A DNA stretch of 49,461 bases, taken from an uncultured Dehalococcoidia bacterium. GTDB taxonomy: Bacteria; Chloroflexota; Dehalococcoidia; Lucifugimonadales; GCA-002694895. The notes below the pieces were generated by a model. It worked only from the letters and a program-made list of their open reading frames with translations, did no database searches and was not told where the DNA came from. Within the stretch, counting starts at the first letter, position 1. Each line of letters begins with the position of its first letter. Below are positions 19,165 through 29,393 of this stretch, one piece after another. The stretch is from assembly GCA_964436345.1 (NCBI GenBank), contig CAYTCC010000001.1, positions 1 to 49,461 of the forward strand. The letters are read 5' to 3'. Both the position numbers and the translations under genes were made by a program.

Positions 19165-19680
19165 TTATACAGATATCACGTCAGATTCTATACCTTTACT
19201 ATGAGAAATCAATTCATTATATGTACTTTTATAAACACAAAAAGGATGTCCTGCCGCCGCCCAAATTTCTTCAAATCTATTTAAAGATTTATCAATATAA
19301 ATTTTAGCATCAGATGGTAACCCTAATGGAGAGACACCACCTATACTATAACCAGTTTTATGTTTAACAAAATCAGCATCGGGTCTCAATAATTTACCAT
19401 CATATCCAGTCAATTTTTCTAAAGCTTGAGTATCACATTTTCTATCTCCTGAAATCAACGCTAATATCATATGATCATCTCCTGTTAAATCTTGTTTAAG
19501 ATTAAAAACCAGTGATTTCACTATAGCTCCTACTTGAACTCCAATTGATTTGGCGGCATCTACGGCCGTTCTGGCAGTTGTATCTAAAACTACCAAATTT
19601 ATATCTAAATTATTAGCAGTTAAATACTTTGAAATCTTTTGCGGGCCTGAAGAATTTAATATTTTGTTTTTATCTATCAT
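19165..19680 (-). CDS. YbaK/EbsC-family aminoacyl-tRNA deacylase (trans-editing domain)
   Basis: 171 aa with a YbaK-like pattern (VKSLVF, SGDRK, GYSIGGVSPLG). Confidence 0.8.
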   Translation of the reverse strand: MIDKNKILNSSGPQKISKYLTANNLDINLVVLDTTARTAVDAAKSIGVQVGAIVKSLVFNLKQDLTGDDHMILALISGDRKCDTQALEKLTGYDGKLLRPDADFVKHKTGYSIGGVSPLGLPSDAKIYIDKSLNRFEEIWAAAGHPFCVYKSTYNELISHSKGIESDVISV

Positions 19681-19842
19681 TCAACGGTTACAAAGTGTTT
19701 TACAACAGTCATTTACATTTCCTTGTAATTCTCTTCGAGAATTCCTTTTTCTTTTAGCGTCTTTGTTAATTTCTTCAAACGAACAAGCGCCACGATTCCC
19801 ATCATTCCTAAAAAAAAAACCCATTACTGCTAATCCTTCCAT
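19681..19842 (-). CDS. Candidate small protein, 53 aa, Cys-containing, no family recognised
   Basis: Translation is MEGLAVMGFFFRNDGNRGACSFEEINKDAKRKRNSRRELQGNVNDCCKTLCNR. It fills the glmS-ybaK gap, and its TGA stop abuts the ybaK ATG. An AGAGAG lies upstream of the ATG. It is below the length cutoff of the ORF track. Confidence 0.3.
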   Translation of the reverse strand: MEGLAVMGFFFRNDGNRGACSFEEINKDAKRKRNSRRELQGNVNDCCKTLCNR

Positions 19843-19872
19843 AATACTCTCTCTTTAATTTACTGTTGCAAA

Positions 19873-21705
19873 CTATTCCACAGTTACTGATTTAGCCAAA
19901 TTTCTGGGTTGATCAACATCCAAATTTCTTTCTAATGCAATATAAATAGAAAACAATTGTATGCAAATAGTTGATAAAAATGGTGAAAAGATATCAGAAG
20001 TGTGATCAAAATTAATCAAATCACTATACCAAGATTTATCTAATTTATCTGAACAATTTGTCAAAACAATTATCTTTCCATCTCTAGACCCAATTTCTCT
20101 TATATTTGATATCATTTTATTCAAATAAACACCATCAGTAATAATTGCAAAAACAGGCATTTTATCTTCAATTAATGATATGGGACCATGTTTCATTTCA
20201 CCAGCGGGATATCCTTCAGCATGAACATAACTTAATTCTTTTAATTTTAAAGCACCTTCCATAGCTATAGGATAATTATATCCCCTGCCTAAATACAAAA
20301 AATTAGAATATTCAGAATATTTCTTTGCAATTTGTTTTATTAATTCTGAATTATGAAAAATGTTATTCATATAAATTGGTAAATTTTTAAAATCATCTAA
20401 AAGTTTATTATTTATTAATTTCGGATTAGAGTTTTCGGCTAAATGTAAAGCTAATGTAAATAATATCTGCAAAGTAGACATAAAGGTTTTAGTGGATGCA
20501 ACTCCTACTTCTTTATTTGCTCTCATATAAATTGAATTAGTTGTAATTCTTTCAAGTTCAGTATTCTTAGTATTAACAATAGATAATTGTTCATAGCCAC
20601 TTTGTTTCATTAAATGAGATGCTGAAAGTGTGTCGGCAGTTTCTCCAGATTGAGAAACCGGAATAATTAATGTACCGTCTTCAATAATTGGGTCTCTATA
20701 TCTGAATTCAGAAGAATTGCTACATACTGTAGGTATTTCAGCTATTTTTTCAATCCAATAACTAGCTAACAAACATGCATTGTAACTTGATCCCATACCT
20801 ATCAAATGTATTCTTTTAAATTTACTTAAATCTAGATTATATATTTCATCCTTAAAACTTATTGATTTATTTACAAAATCGATTCTTCCACTGAAATTAT
20901 CTAAAAAAATTTGTGGTTGCTCATAAATTTCTTTTTCCATGAAATACTTATATTTACCTTTTGTAACTAATTCAGATTTTCCATCAATTTTCTTCCATTC
21001 TTTTGAAACAGGTTTTTGCTCTACATATATTTCCACTTTATTTCTTTTTGCTGAAAATATTTCATTATCTTCTAAAACCACATATTCTCCTGAATCAAAA
21101 CTTAAAGCCTGTAAATCACTCGAAATAGAAATCTCTTCATTATTTTTACTTATTAAGATAGAGCCTGCAAATCCTTTTTTAAATCCAAAAATAGTTGATG
21201 GGAAATGCTCAGAAATAACTAAAACTGCCGCATGCCCTAAAATACGTTCTGAAGTTTTTGTTATAGAGTCAATCATATTAAAATCTTTTTTTAAAAATGA
21301 AGAAATTAAGTTTGCAATACATTCAGTATCTGTATCAGTGAAAAATTTAAATCCTTCTTTAATTAAATCTTTTTTAATATCAATATAATTTTCTATAATC
21401 CCATTGTGTACAACAGCTAAGTTTTTATCAGAACTATAAATGGGATGTGCATTAATTTCAGATGGAATACCATGAGTAGCCCACCTGGTATGTCCTATAC
21501 CTAGATTACCTTCAAGAGATTTATTTTTATATTTATTTGCAAAATCTTTAATTTTACCTTTATTTTTAATTATTGAGATTTTATTATTTGATCCGATAAT
21601 TGCTAAACCAACGCTGTCATAGCCACGATATTCTAACTCAGCTAATCCGTTCATTAACATATTTTTTATAGATTTATCTGTTATATTTCCTACTATTCCA
21701 CACAT
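19873..21705 (-). CDS. glmS: Glutamine--fructose-6-phosphate aminotransferase
   Basis: The N-terminus is MCGIVG (Ntn amidotransferase). Two SIS domains are present. The C-terminus is the canonical LAKSVTVE, and the protein is 610 aa. Confidence 0.95.
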   Translation of the reverse strand: MCGIVGNITDKSIKNMLMNGLAELEYRGYDSVGLAIIGSNNKISIIKNKGKIKDFANKYKNKSLEGNLGIGHTRWATHGIPSEINAHPIYSSDKNLAVVHNGIIENYIDIKKDLIKEGFKFFTDTDTECIANLISSFLKKDFNMIDSITKTSERILGHAAVLVISEHFPSTIFGFKKGFAGSILISKNNEEISISSDLQALSFDSGEYVVLEDNEIFSAKRNKVEIYVEQKPVSKEWKKIDGKSELVTKGKYKYFMEKEIYEQPQIFLDNFSGRIDFVNKSISFKDEIYNLDLSKFKRIHLIGMGSSYNACLLASYWIEKIAEIPTVCSNSSEFRYRDPIIEDGTLIIPVSQSGETADTLSASHLMKQSGYEQLSIVNTKNTELERITTNSIYMRANKEVGVASTKTFMSTLQILFTLALHLAENSNPKLINNKLLDDFKNLPIYMNNIFHNSELIKQIAKKYSEYSNFLYLGRGYNYPIAMEGALKLKELSYVHAEGYPAGEMKHGPISLIEDKMPVFAIITDGVYLNKMISNIREIGSRDGKIIVLTNCSDKLDKSWYSDLINFDHTSDIFSPFLSTICIQLFSIYIALERNLDVDQPRNLAKSVTVE

Positions 21706-21758
21706 TATTTATCCTGATAAAAAAACATTTTAATTAACAATTGTTTAATAAATATTAA

Positions 21759-22388
21759 TTATTTATATATTCCTCTCATACCTGAAGGTATTAATTCAGC
21801 TATATTATTCATTATTTTGGCTAAAATAGCATCTGTAGTATCTCTGGATAAAGATTTATTTGATTTTTCGAATTTAAAAGCTTTACCAACTTTAACAATT
21901 ATTTTCCCTCTTGGGAATAGTACACCACTTATTCCTCGATTTTTATTTGTACCTTCAATTCCAACAGGGATAATATTCACACCTGATCTCACTGCTAAAT
22001 GAACTATTCCGGGTAATCCTTTCTTTAAAATACCATTAGATCTTGTTCCTTCAGGAAATAAACACAAAGCTTCACCGTTATTAAGTATCTTTATTGCCCA
22101 TCGAAAAAAATTAAGGTCTAATCTATTTCTTTTAATTGGATGTGCTCCATAAGATTTAAGTAGTGCAGCAACAGGTACAAATTTAAAAACTTCAGATTTA
22201 GCAACAAAATTTACTTTTCTGGGGGAAATTACACTAATTAAACTTGGATCCACATAAGCCTGATGATTAGCTACAAAAATCAATGGCCCATTAATAGGTA
22301 TATTATTAACACCTTCAATATGAAATTCGGCAAAAGCATTAAGAATTTTTAATTGTATGAAATTACATATTTTATTTAAGTTTAGCAT
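21759..22388 (-). CDS. plsC: 1-acyl-sn-glycerol-3-phosphate acyltransferase
   Basis: The HX4D motif is NHQAYVDP and the FPEGTRS motif is present. It directly abuts cmk. Confidence 0.8.
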   Translation of the reverse strand: MLNLNKICNFIQLKILNAFAEFHIEGVNNIPINGPLIFVANHQAYVDPSLISVISPRKVNFVAKSEVFKFVPVAALLKSYGAHPIKRNRLDLNFFRWAIKILNNGEALCLFPEGTRSNGILKKGLPGIVHLAVRSGVNIIPVGIEGTNKNRGISGVLFPRGKIIVKVGKAFKFEKSNKSLSRDTTDAILAKIMNNIAELIPSGMRGIYK

Positions 22389-23036
22389 TTAATTTAAAAC
22401 AATATTTTTTATTAAATTTACAGTTTCTTCTAAATTGATATGATCGTTAAATATAATTACAGCATCATCAGCAGATAGCAATGGAGATATTTCTCTATTT
22501 TTATCAAGTAAATCTCTATGATTTAACTTATCTTTTTCATTTGTAAGTTTCTTTTTATCATCTTGATGCATTCTACGTATAGCTCTAGTATTTAAACTAC
22601 AATCTAAGAAAAATTTAAACTTTGCATTAGGTAACACAACTGTCCCTATATCTCTTCCCACCATAACAATATCATTATCTTCGGCAATTAATTGTTGTTT
22701 CTTTACAAGATTTTCTCTGATACTTTGAATTCCAGCATATAGAGAAACTTTATTATTTACATCATCAGAAAAAATCATTTTTGAAATATCGATATTATTT
22801 AAATATACATTTTGACTATCAAACACTTCGATATTTATATCATCAAAAATATCTTTATTAATTAGATCAAAATCATTTTCATCTAGTTTGGAGTTAATTA
22901 AATAATAAGTCATAGCTCTATACATTAATCCAGTATCTAAAAATGATATTCCTATTTCTTGAGCAAGTAATTTCCCTGTATCAGTTTTACCAGATGCAGC
23001 CGGGCCATCTATGGCAATATGTAAATTTTCATTCAT
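22389..23036 (-). CDS. cmk: Cytidylate kinase
   Basis: The P-loop is IAIDGPAASGKT, with Cmk-like FLDTGLMYR. The protein is 215 aa. Confidence 0.9.
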   Translation of the reverse strand: MNENLHIAIDGPAASGKTDTGKLLAQEIGISFLDTGLMYRAMTYYLINSKLDENDFDLINKDIFDDINIEVFDSQNVYLNNIDISKMIFSDDVNNKVSLYAGIQSIRENLVKKQQLIAEDNDIVMVGRDIGTVVLPNAKFKFFLDCSLNTRAIRRMHQDDKKKLTNEKDKLNHRDLLDKNREISPLLSADDAVIIFNDHINLEETVNLIKNIVLN

Positions 23037-23109
23037 ATTATTTGGATTATAACTTACAGATATATAAACTTTATATTACAATTATGTCTTAAAAGTAAAA
23101 TTCAATAAT

Positions 23110-23568
23110 ATGAATCTAAATCAAAATGAAAAAATTCTTGTTGATACTATGATATGCAAGTTAACAAATCAAAGAGTCATCACAGGGAAAATATCAAATA
23201 AAAATATATTCACAATAAAAAAGGAAGTCTCCTTCTCCGAAATACATAATATTGAGATCATGATGAGTCAAGGAGAAGAAAATAGAATTAAAGAAGGAAT
23301 AAAATACTTTTCTATAGGATTAGGTATTTTAATTGCAATATCAATAATTCCATTTCTGAATAATATATTTCAAACCATATTCTTTATTATAGGTATCATA
23401 CCTTTAATATATGGACTCTTTCTAATCCCTAAAAGTATATTTAGATTAAAAGAACATTCAACGTTGTTTTTATGGTTAAAAAACGGGAAATGTATAATTA
23501 TAAGTTTTCCAAAATTTGATGATGAAAATGCAATAAAAATACAATCACAATTAGATGAATTAATGTAA
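23110..23568 (+). CDS. Hypothetical small membrane protein (two predicted TM helices)
   Basis: 152 aa. The central hydrophobic stretch FSIGLGILIAISIIPFLNNIFQTIFFIIGIIPLIYGLFLI is flanked by soluble segments. No family recognised. Confidence 0.45.
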   Translation: MNLNQNEKILVDTMICKLTNQRVITGKISNKNIFTIKKEVSFSEIHNIEIMMSQGEENRIKEGIKYFSIGLGILIAISIIPFLNNIFQTIFFIIGIIPLIYGLFLIPKSIFRLKEHSTLFLWLKNGKCIIISFPKFDDENAIKIQSQLDELM

Positions 23569-23569
23569 T

Positions 23570-24298
23570 TTATCCTCTCCCTACGTAAAGTTGTGTATTT
23601 GGCAACATCACACTCTCTAATAAATTTACATTTGATGGAAGATTTGTAGTTAAATACACTAATTCTGCAATATCTTTAGGTTCCATCATTGGTTCTATAT
23701 CTTTATCTTCCCCTCTGTTAGCTCTTAATTCAGTAATTACATTACCTGGATGAACAATTGAAACAACTACGTTGAAATCTCTGCCCTCTAAGGCGGCAGC
23801 TTTAGTTAAGCCTGTTAACCCAAATTTAGATGTAGTATATGGTGCAGAATTTAATCTCGGAACCTGGCCAGAAATACTTCCAATATTAACTATTCTTCCA
23901 TATTTTTGAAATTTCATTATCTTCATAGCTTGTCTAAGACACAGAAAAGCTCCTCTCAAATTCACACTTATCACTTTATCCCAAGTTTCTACTGACATTT
24001 CATCTAGAGCACCACCATCAAAAACACCAGAGTTATTTATTAAAACATCTATTTTGCCAAACTTTGACTTAGATTCTGAAAATAAATTTTCAACACTTTT
24101 TTCATCAGTAATATCTGTCTGAATCACAAAGCTTGAATTATTATTAAGTAAATCACACTCTTTTTTTACGTTATTTAAATTATTCACATTTCTACTTGCT
24201 AGAATTAGATTGAAATTATTATCGGCAAATTTTAATGCGATTCCTTTGCCAATCCCTGTTCCTGCTCCAGTAATGATTGCAGTTTTATTATTATTCAT
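23570..24298 (-). CDS. Short-chain dehydrogenase/reductase (SDR)
   Basis: The cofactor motif is TGAGTGIGKG and the catalytic YxxxK is YTTSK. NNSG is present. The protein is 242 aa. Confidence 0.85.
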   Translation of the reverse strand: MNNNKTAIITGAGTGIGKGIALKFADNNFNLILASRNVNNLNNVKKECDLLNNNSSFVIQTDITDEKSVENLFSESKSKFGKIDVLINNSGVFDGGALDEMSVETWDKVISVNLRGAFLCLRQAMKIMKFQKYGRIVNIGSISGQVPRLNSAPYTTSKFGLTGLTKAAALEGRDFNVVVSIVHPGNVITELRANRGEDKDIEPMMEPKDIAELVYLTTNLPSNVNLLESVMLPNTQLYVGRG

Positions 24299-24400
24299 TT
24301 TTACTCCTACAAACTAATTTTTAACTTGAATTTTTGTTATTATATCTTTAAGATCATCTCATAATAAAACGATAATTATACAAGAACAAGGCAATAATTT

Positions 24401-25669
24401 ATGGCTGGCCCATTAGAAGGTATAAGAATTATAGAATTTAGTCAAATTATTGCTGCGCCTTTTGCAGGGTCAATGCTTAGCGATATGGGGGCCGAAGTAA
24501 TAAAAATAGAACCCCCCTCTGGTGATCCGTGGAGATATGCACTTGAAATAATACCAGGAATTACTGGGTATGGAAGATCTTTTTTTGCCCTTAATAGAGG
24601 TAAAAAGGGAATGACTATAGATTTAAAAAATCCAAAATCACACAAAATTGTTGAAAAACTTTGTAAGATTTCTGATGTAATGATAATAAATTCAAGGCCA
24701 GATGTTCCTGAAAAATTAAAAGTAGATTATGAAACTGTAAAAAAATACAATCCAAAATTAATTTATTGCGATAATACAGCCTGGGGCAGATCTGGACCTG
24801 ATAGCCACAGACCTGGTTATGATCTGATCGCGCAAGCCATGAGTGGTTTAATGGCAGCCGAAAATAAGGTAAATAACGGAGTACCACAACAAATACAATC
24901 TACTGCTGTTGCTGATTATACAACCGGGTTAGGGATGGCTTGGAGCATATGTGCAGCACTATACCATAGAGAAAAAACAGGAAAAGGACAAAAAATAGAA
25001 ACAACATTACTAGCTTCAGCATTAAATGTACAAAATGGTAGATTTTTTGAATCAGAAACCTTTGATTCAGAAATAAGATCAAATTTTAAAAATACATTAT
25101 CCGAAATGAGAGAAGCAGGAGAATCATACGACAACATTCTCGAAGAATATCAAAAATTGAGCAGTAAGACAGTTCATAACCATTACTATCGAACTTATCA
25201 AGCAAAAGACGGTATTATTGCAGTTGCATGTTTAAGTGAAACTCTTAGGAAAAAATTTGCTGATGTACATAAAGTCCATGACATAAGATTTGAAGAGAAT
25301 TATGATCCATACTCTGATGAAACATATGAATTTAATGAAAAATTAGTACCTCTATTTGAAACTCTTATGAAAAAGAAAACAGTAAAAGATTGGCTTGAAA
25401 TTTTTGTTAAAAATGGAGTGCCAGCAGGCCCTGTAAATTTTGTGGAAGAATTAGTTGATCATCCACAAATTATAGAAAATGATTTAGTAAAAAATATTGA
25501 CCACCCATTACTAGGAAAAATCAAAATGGTAGGCCCGCTATTAAAAATGTCAGAAACTCCATTATCAGTTAGCCGTGCTGCTCCTGATTTAGGAGAACAT
25601 ACACAAGAAATATTAAAATCGTTGGGATTTGATTCTGAATTTATATCTGAACTAACAGATTCTGAATAA
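24401..25669 (+). CDS. CaiB/BaiF family (class III) CoA-transferase, paralogue 1
   Basis: The N-terminal pattern is PLEGIRIIEFSQIIAAPFAGSMLSDMGAEVIKIEPP. GYDLIAQAMSGLM is also present. The protein is 422 aa. Confidence 0.85.
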   Translation: MAGPLEGIRIIEFSQIIAAPFAGSMLSDMGAEVIKIEPPSGDPWRYALEIIPGITGYGRSFFALNRGKKGMTIDLKNPKSHKIVEKLCKISDVMIINSRPDVPEKLKVDYETVKKYNPKLIYCDNTAWGRSGPDSHRPGYDLIAQAMSGLMAAENKVNNGVPQQIQSTAVADYTTGLGMAWSICAALYHREKTGKGQKIETTLLASALNVQNGRFFESETFDSEIRSNFKNTLSEMREAGESYDNILEEYQKLSSKTVHNHYYRTYQAKDGIIAVACLSETLRKKFADVHKVHDIRFEENYDPYSDETYEFNEKLVPLFETLMKKKTVKDWLEIFVKNGVPAGPVNFVEELVDHPQIIENDLVKNIDHPLLGKIKMVGPLLKMSETPLSVSRAAPDLGEHTQEILKSLGFDSEFISELTDSE

Positions 25670-25670
25670 A

Positions 25671-26189
25671 TTGATTACATTAAATAATATTAAAAATATC
25701 CTTATAATTTCTGATACACATCAAAATGCATATAATAAACTTCATGTTGAAATCAAAAAACAAATATTAAATACTGATTTGGTTATACATTGTGGAGATA
25801 TCACATCAGAAAATGTGATAAATGGAATAAAGAAAAATGCAAAACAATCTATTTTAATTCATGGAAATTCAGATCCAAAACAAATCAGAGAATCTTTGCC
25901 TGAGAAAAAAATATTCCAGGTAAATGATATTACCTTTGGTGTAATTCATCCTTATTGGGGAGGAGCACCTCCTGTAGATTACGAACTTATTTTAGATCAT
26001 TTTGACAATATCAAGCCTCAGTATATTTTATTTGGGCATACACATGATCCTCATATAGAGCTTTACAAAGGGGTAACATTTGTTAATCCCGGGCAAGGAT
26101 ATTCTGAATTTATTATCCCTGCCAGTTATTGTGTAATTCAAATAAACAAAAATCATTTATCAATCAAAATAACAAAAATCCTAAATTAA
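25671..26189 (+). CDS. Metallophosphoesterase, YfcE/MJ0936 family; TTG start
   Basis: The motifs are ISDTHQ, HCGD, HGNSD and GHTH. The protein is 172 aa. Confidence 0.75.
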   Translation: MITLNNIKNILIISDTHQNAYNKLHVEIKKQILNTDLVIHCGDITSENVINGIKKNAKQSILIHGNSDPKQIRESLPEKKIFQVNDITFGVIHPYWGGAPPVDYELILDHFDNIKPQYILFGHTHDPHIELYKGVTFVNPGQGYSEFIIPASYCVIQINKNHLSIKITKILN

Positions 26190-26741
26190 ACTCTCATAAA
26201 ATTTAATTGATTCAGGATGAATTTGTATTTTTCTAGACTCAAAATAATCGAATTGAATATCAAAATATTTTATAATTGATAGATCTAAATTATCTAAAGC
26301 TATTTTTTTAACTTCATTTAATTCTGGTCTATTTCTGATCTTGTATGGGTCTAGTTTGTCTGACAAAAACACTATTTTACTTATATTATTAAATGACTGA
26401 TGTCCTGAGGTATGCCATCTTACTGATTGAAATAAGACATTATCATCAATGTAATCCAAAATAAAATGAGAAGCTACTGGGCCATGAAGAACATTAGGGT
26501 TTTTCAATTCAAAATCTAAACAATCTATATTTTTTGCTAATACAGTATTTAAAAGATCCTCATTATCATAATGTTTAACAATATCATGTGACAAAGCTCC
26601 TAATTCACATTTTTGTATATCTTCTTTGTAATGTTTTGCAAATTCTATAGCTAAATTAGCAGTACGATTTAAATGTTCAGATAACCATTTAGGTAATACA
26701 GATATCTTTTTATTCAAATAAGTTCTTAGATCATTATTCAT
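26181..26741 (-). CDS. yqeK: HD-domain phosphohydrolase, YqeK-like (bis(5'-nucleosyl)-tetraphosphatase type)
   Basis: The HD motif is LSHDIVKH and RWHTSG is present. The protein is 186 aa. Confidence 0.65.
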   Translation of the reverse strand: MNNDLRTYLNKKISVLPKWLSEHLNRTANLAIEFAKHYKEDIQKCELGALSHDIVKHYDNEDLLNTVLAKNIDCLDFELKNPNVLHGPVASHFILDYIDDNVLFQSVRWHTSGHQSFNNISKIVFLSDKLDPYKIRNRPELNEVKKIALDNLDLSIIKYFDIQFDYFESRKIQIHPESIKFYESLI

Positions 26742-26829
26742 AATAATATTATAAATTGCCTATATAAATAGGATATAATTATAATCATTAAAAAAAATAT
26801 TTTACTACATTTAAGGTTTTAATTAAGAA

Positions 26830-28125
26830 ATGAACAAAAAAAATATATTCTACATAATATGTATAAATATTTTATTGTGGGGATTTGGCTTTGTTGCACT
26901 GTCTATATATCAGGATAATATGCTTTTACAGTATCAAAATAAAATGAATTTAAATATTGATAATTCTAATAATCGAACTGATGAAGCTATTAATAATTCC
27001 ATTGAAAAAACTAATCAAATTCTAGATAAAGCCAACAATACAATTCAAAAAGCTAGTGATGAAAAATTATTATCTGAGAAAGAAGCTCTATATCAACAAG
27101 AGTTAACAATAAAATCAAAAGAAAAAGAATTAGAAACTAAATCATTATATTTAATAGAACAAGAAAGAAAAAATAAAGCAAAATTAGAAGTCGCAGCGGA
27201 AAAAACAAAAAGAATCAATGCCGAACTTTTAGCTGAAAAAGAAAAAAGTGATAAAATCAGTGCTGAGCTAAAAGCAGCTTTGGATAAAACCAAATCTTTA
27301 GAAGATAATCTTAATATATACAAAGACTTTTCAGATAAAATAGAAAATCAGGATACTAAAATAAGCAATTTGAAAAAAGATACAGAATATGATTTAAATA
27401 ATATTCTGGGCAGAACAAAAATATTAGAAACAACATCTACTTCTGTTGAATGGCCTGAAGCAATCGCATCTATACAATCTTCTATCATCAGAATAAGAGC
27501 CGGAACAGAATCATGTTCCGGTTTTATTTTTGATATTGCAAGTCATTATTATGAATCAACAAATGACAATGAATATTTTGTACTGACAAATGAACATTGC
27601 TTTAAATACAAAAACTATAACAACATAAAAATTTACATAACTGGCTTAGAATATCCTTTAAATGGAATATTAAAAGCGAAATATACTAATCAGGATATAG
27701 CTATACTCGCATTCAATTCACCCAACGAATATCAACCTTTAAAACTAGTCAGCATTGAAGAATTAGAAAAACTAACACCCGGAACTGAAGTTAGTGCACT
27801 GGGATACCCTCTTGGAGTAACAGGATTAGTAGCTACTACAGGTATTGTTTCATATAAATTTTATGACAATTCAAAAAAAAGAGATATAATTCAAACTGAC
27901 TCAGCTATAAATCCAGGAAATTCTGGCGGCCCCTTAGTAATTAAATCAGGTGATGTAATAGGTATGAATACTTATGTTAAAAGAATTAGTTCAGGGATAG
28001 CTCTTGATGGAGCCGGGTATGCAGTATCTTCAAAACAGTTAATAAATTCAGTCTCATGTATAAATCAAACTCAAATTAACAAATATACCGAATCCGGTGG
28101 TGAGTGTACAATTCTACCAGATTAA
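26830..28125 (+). CDS. Membrane-anchored trypsin-like (S1) serine protease with a long coiled-coil spacer
   Basis: An N-terminal TM helix is present (IFYIICINILLWGFGFVALSIY). About 150 aa of K/E-rich heptad-like sequence follows. The triad motifs are TNEHC, DIAIL and NPGNSGGPL. Confidence 0.75.
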   Translation: MNKKNIFYIICINILLWGFGFVALSIYQDNMLLQYQNKMNLNIDNSNNRTDEAINNSIEKTNQILDKANNTIQKASDEKLLSEKEALYQQELTIKSKEKELETKSLYLIEQERKNKAKLEVAAEKTKRINAELLAEKEKSDKISAELKAALDKTKSLEDNLNIYKDFSDKIENQDTKISNLKKDTEYDLNNILGRTKILETTSTSVEWPEAIASIQSSIIRIRAGTESCSGFIFDIASHYYESTNDNEYFVLTNEHCFKYKNYNNIKIYITGLEYPLNGILKAKYTNQDIAILAFNSPNEYQPLKLVSIEELEKLTPGTEVSALGYPLGVTGLVATTGIVSYKFYDNSKKRDIIQTDSAINPGNSGGPLVIKSGDVIGMNTYVKRISSGIALDGAGYAVSSKQLINSVSCINQTQINKYTESGGECTILPD

Positions 28126-28163
28126 CAATTTTCAGTAATTTTCATCAACAAATATAAAACATA

Positions 28164-29393
28164 GTGAATTCAACCCACGAACCAAATACTATTTCAAATA
28201 TAAAAATCATGGTAAGTATATTTGGTGTTTGTGCTTCTGTATTTCTTTTTACTATTGGGCAAGGAGCAACTAACCCAATTTTACCTCTTCTTGTACAAAA
28301 CCTAGGACATACAGCAGCTATAGCTGGTTTCGCTGTTGGGATTTTTGGTGCTGGAAGATTTATTACAAATCTTCCATCAGGAATATTAGCACAAAAAATT
28401 GGTAGAAAACCAATCTTAGTTATTGGTCCTTTAATAGCATCTATTGGGTATTTTCTTACCGGATCTGTTGATTCAATTCAGCTCATTCTATTATCAAGAT
28501 TAATCACGGGTTTTGGAGGAGGAATGCATTTCGTTGGAGCAAGCATTTATTTAAGAGATATGTCTAACTTAAATAACAGAGGAAGAATATTGAGTTTACA
28601 AACAATATCTATTTTAATTGGGCAAACTATAGGACCAATAATTGGAGGTTATATAGGTGAATTATATGGATTCACCAGCCCATTCATTTTTGCGTCAATT
28701 TCTTTAGTTATAGCGATTATATTAATAATAACAACTGTTATAGAGCCTTCAAATATAAATCAAAATTTAAACCAAACAACTGATTCCAAAACAAAAAAGA
28801 ATCTCGGAATATTCCAATTGCTATATTTATTCATTAGATCTGGATTATTACCAATAGGACTAATGACCATGTCACAATTTTTCCACAGATCTGGAGGAAG
28901 ATTTACTATAGCCCCACTTTTAATACAAAACAAAGGATTAACTGCATCAAATATTGGAGGATTTTTTAGTATAACTTCTCTTGCTCAATTAACAGCAGCA
29001 TCTATGTCGGGATATATTGTTGATAAATTAGGAAGAAAAACCCTTCTAATCCCTGGAACAAGTATAATTTTACTAGGATTATTTTTATTTGATAATGCCA
29101 ATTCTTACCCTATGATTTTATTAGTTGCAGTTCTTCTTGGAATAGGGGAAGGATCATTAACATCTTCAACTGTTACGTTATTTGCTGATAATGCTCCTAA
29201 AGGTTATGAAGGAGTAACAATGGGTTTATACAGAACGTTTGGTGACTTCGGATTTATGGTAGGCCCACCAATACTGGGTTTTATTATTCAGCAAATGAAT
29301 TTTAGTTCAGCATTATTAGTAGACGGGATACTTATATCAATCTGCACTCTTGCAGTAATGATATTTGCAAAAGAAACAAAAAAAAGAACTTAG
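28164..29393 (+). CDS. MFS transporter; GTG start
   Basis: 409 aa with about 12 hydrophobic segments. An MFS loop motif is present (GILAQKIGRKP). Confidence 0.8.
   Translation: MNSTHEPNTISNIKIMVSIFGVCASVFLFTIGQGATNPILPLLVQNLGHTAAIAGFAVGIFGAGRFITNLPSGILAQKIGRKPILVIGPLIASIGYFLTGSVDSIQLILLSRLITGFGGGMHFVGASIYLRDMSNLNNRGRILSLQTISILIGQTIGPIIGGYIGELYGFTSPFIFASISLVIAIILIITTVIEPSNINQNLNQTTDSKTKKNLGIFQLLYLFIRSGLLPIGLMTMSQFFHRSGGRFTIAPLLIQNKGLTASNIGGFFSITSLAQLTAASMSGYIVDKLGRKTLLIPGTSIILLGLFLFDNANSYPMILLVAVLLGIGEGSLTSSTVTLFADNAPKGYEGVTMGLYRTFGDFGFMVGPPILGFIIQQMNFSSALLVDGILISICTLAVMIFAKETKKRT

Noticed and set aside
21706-21758. Possible glmS ribozyme upstream of glmS, as found in many T-box-containing lineages.
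   Set aside because: Only 53 nt of AT-rich sequence separates the glmS ATG from the plsC stop. That is far too short, and it lacks the GC-rich conserved core of the ribozyme.
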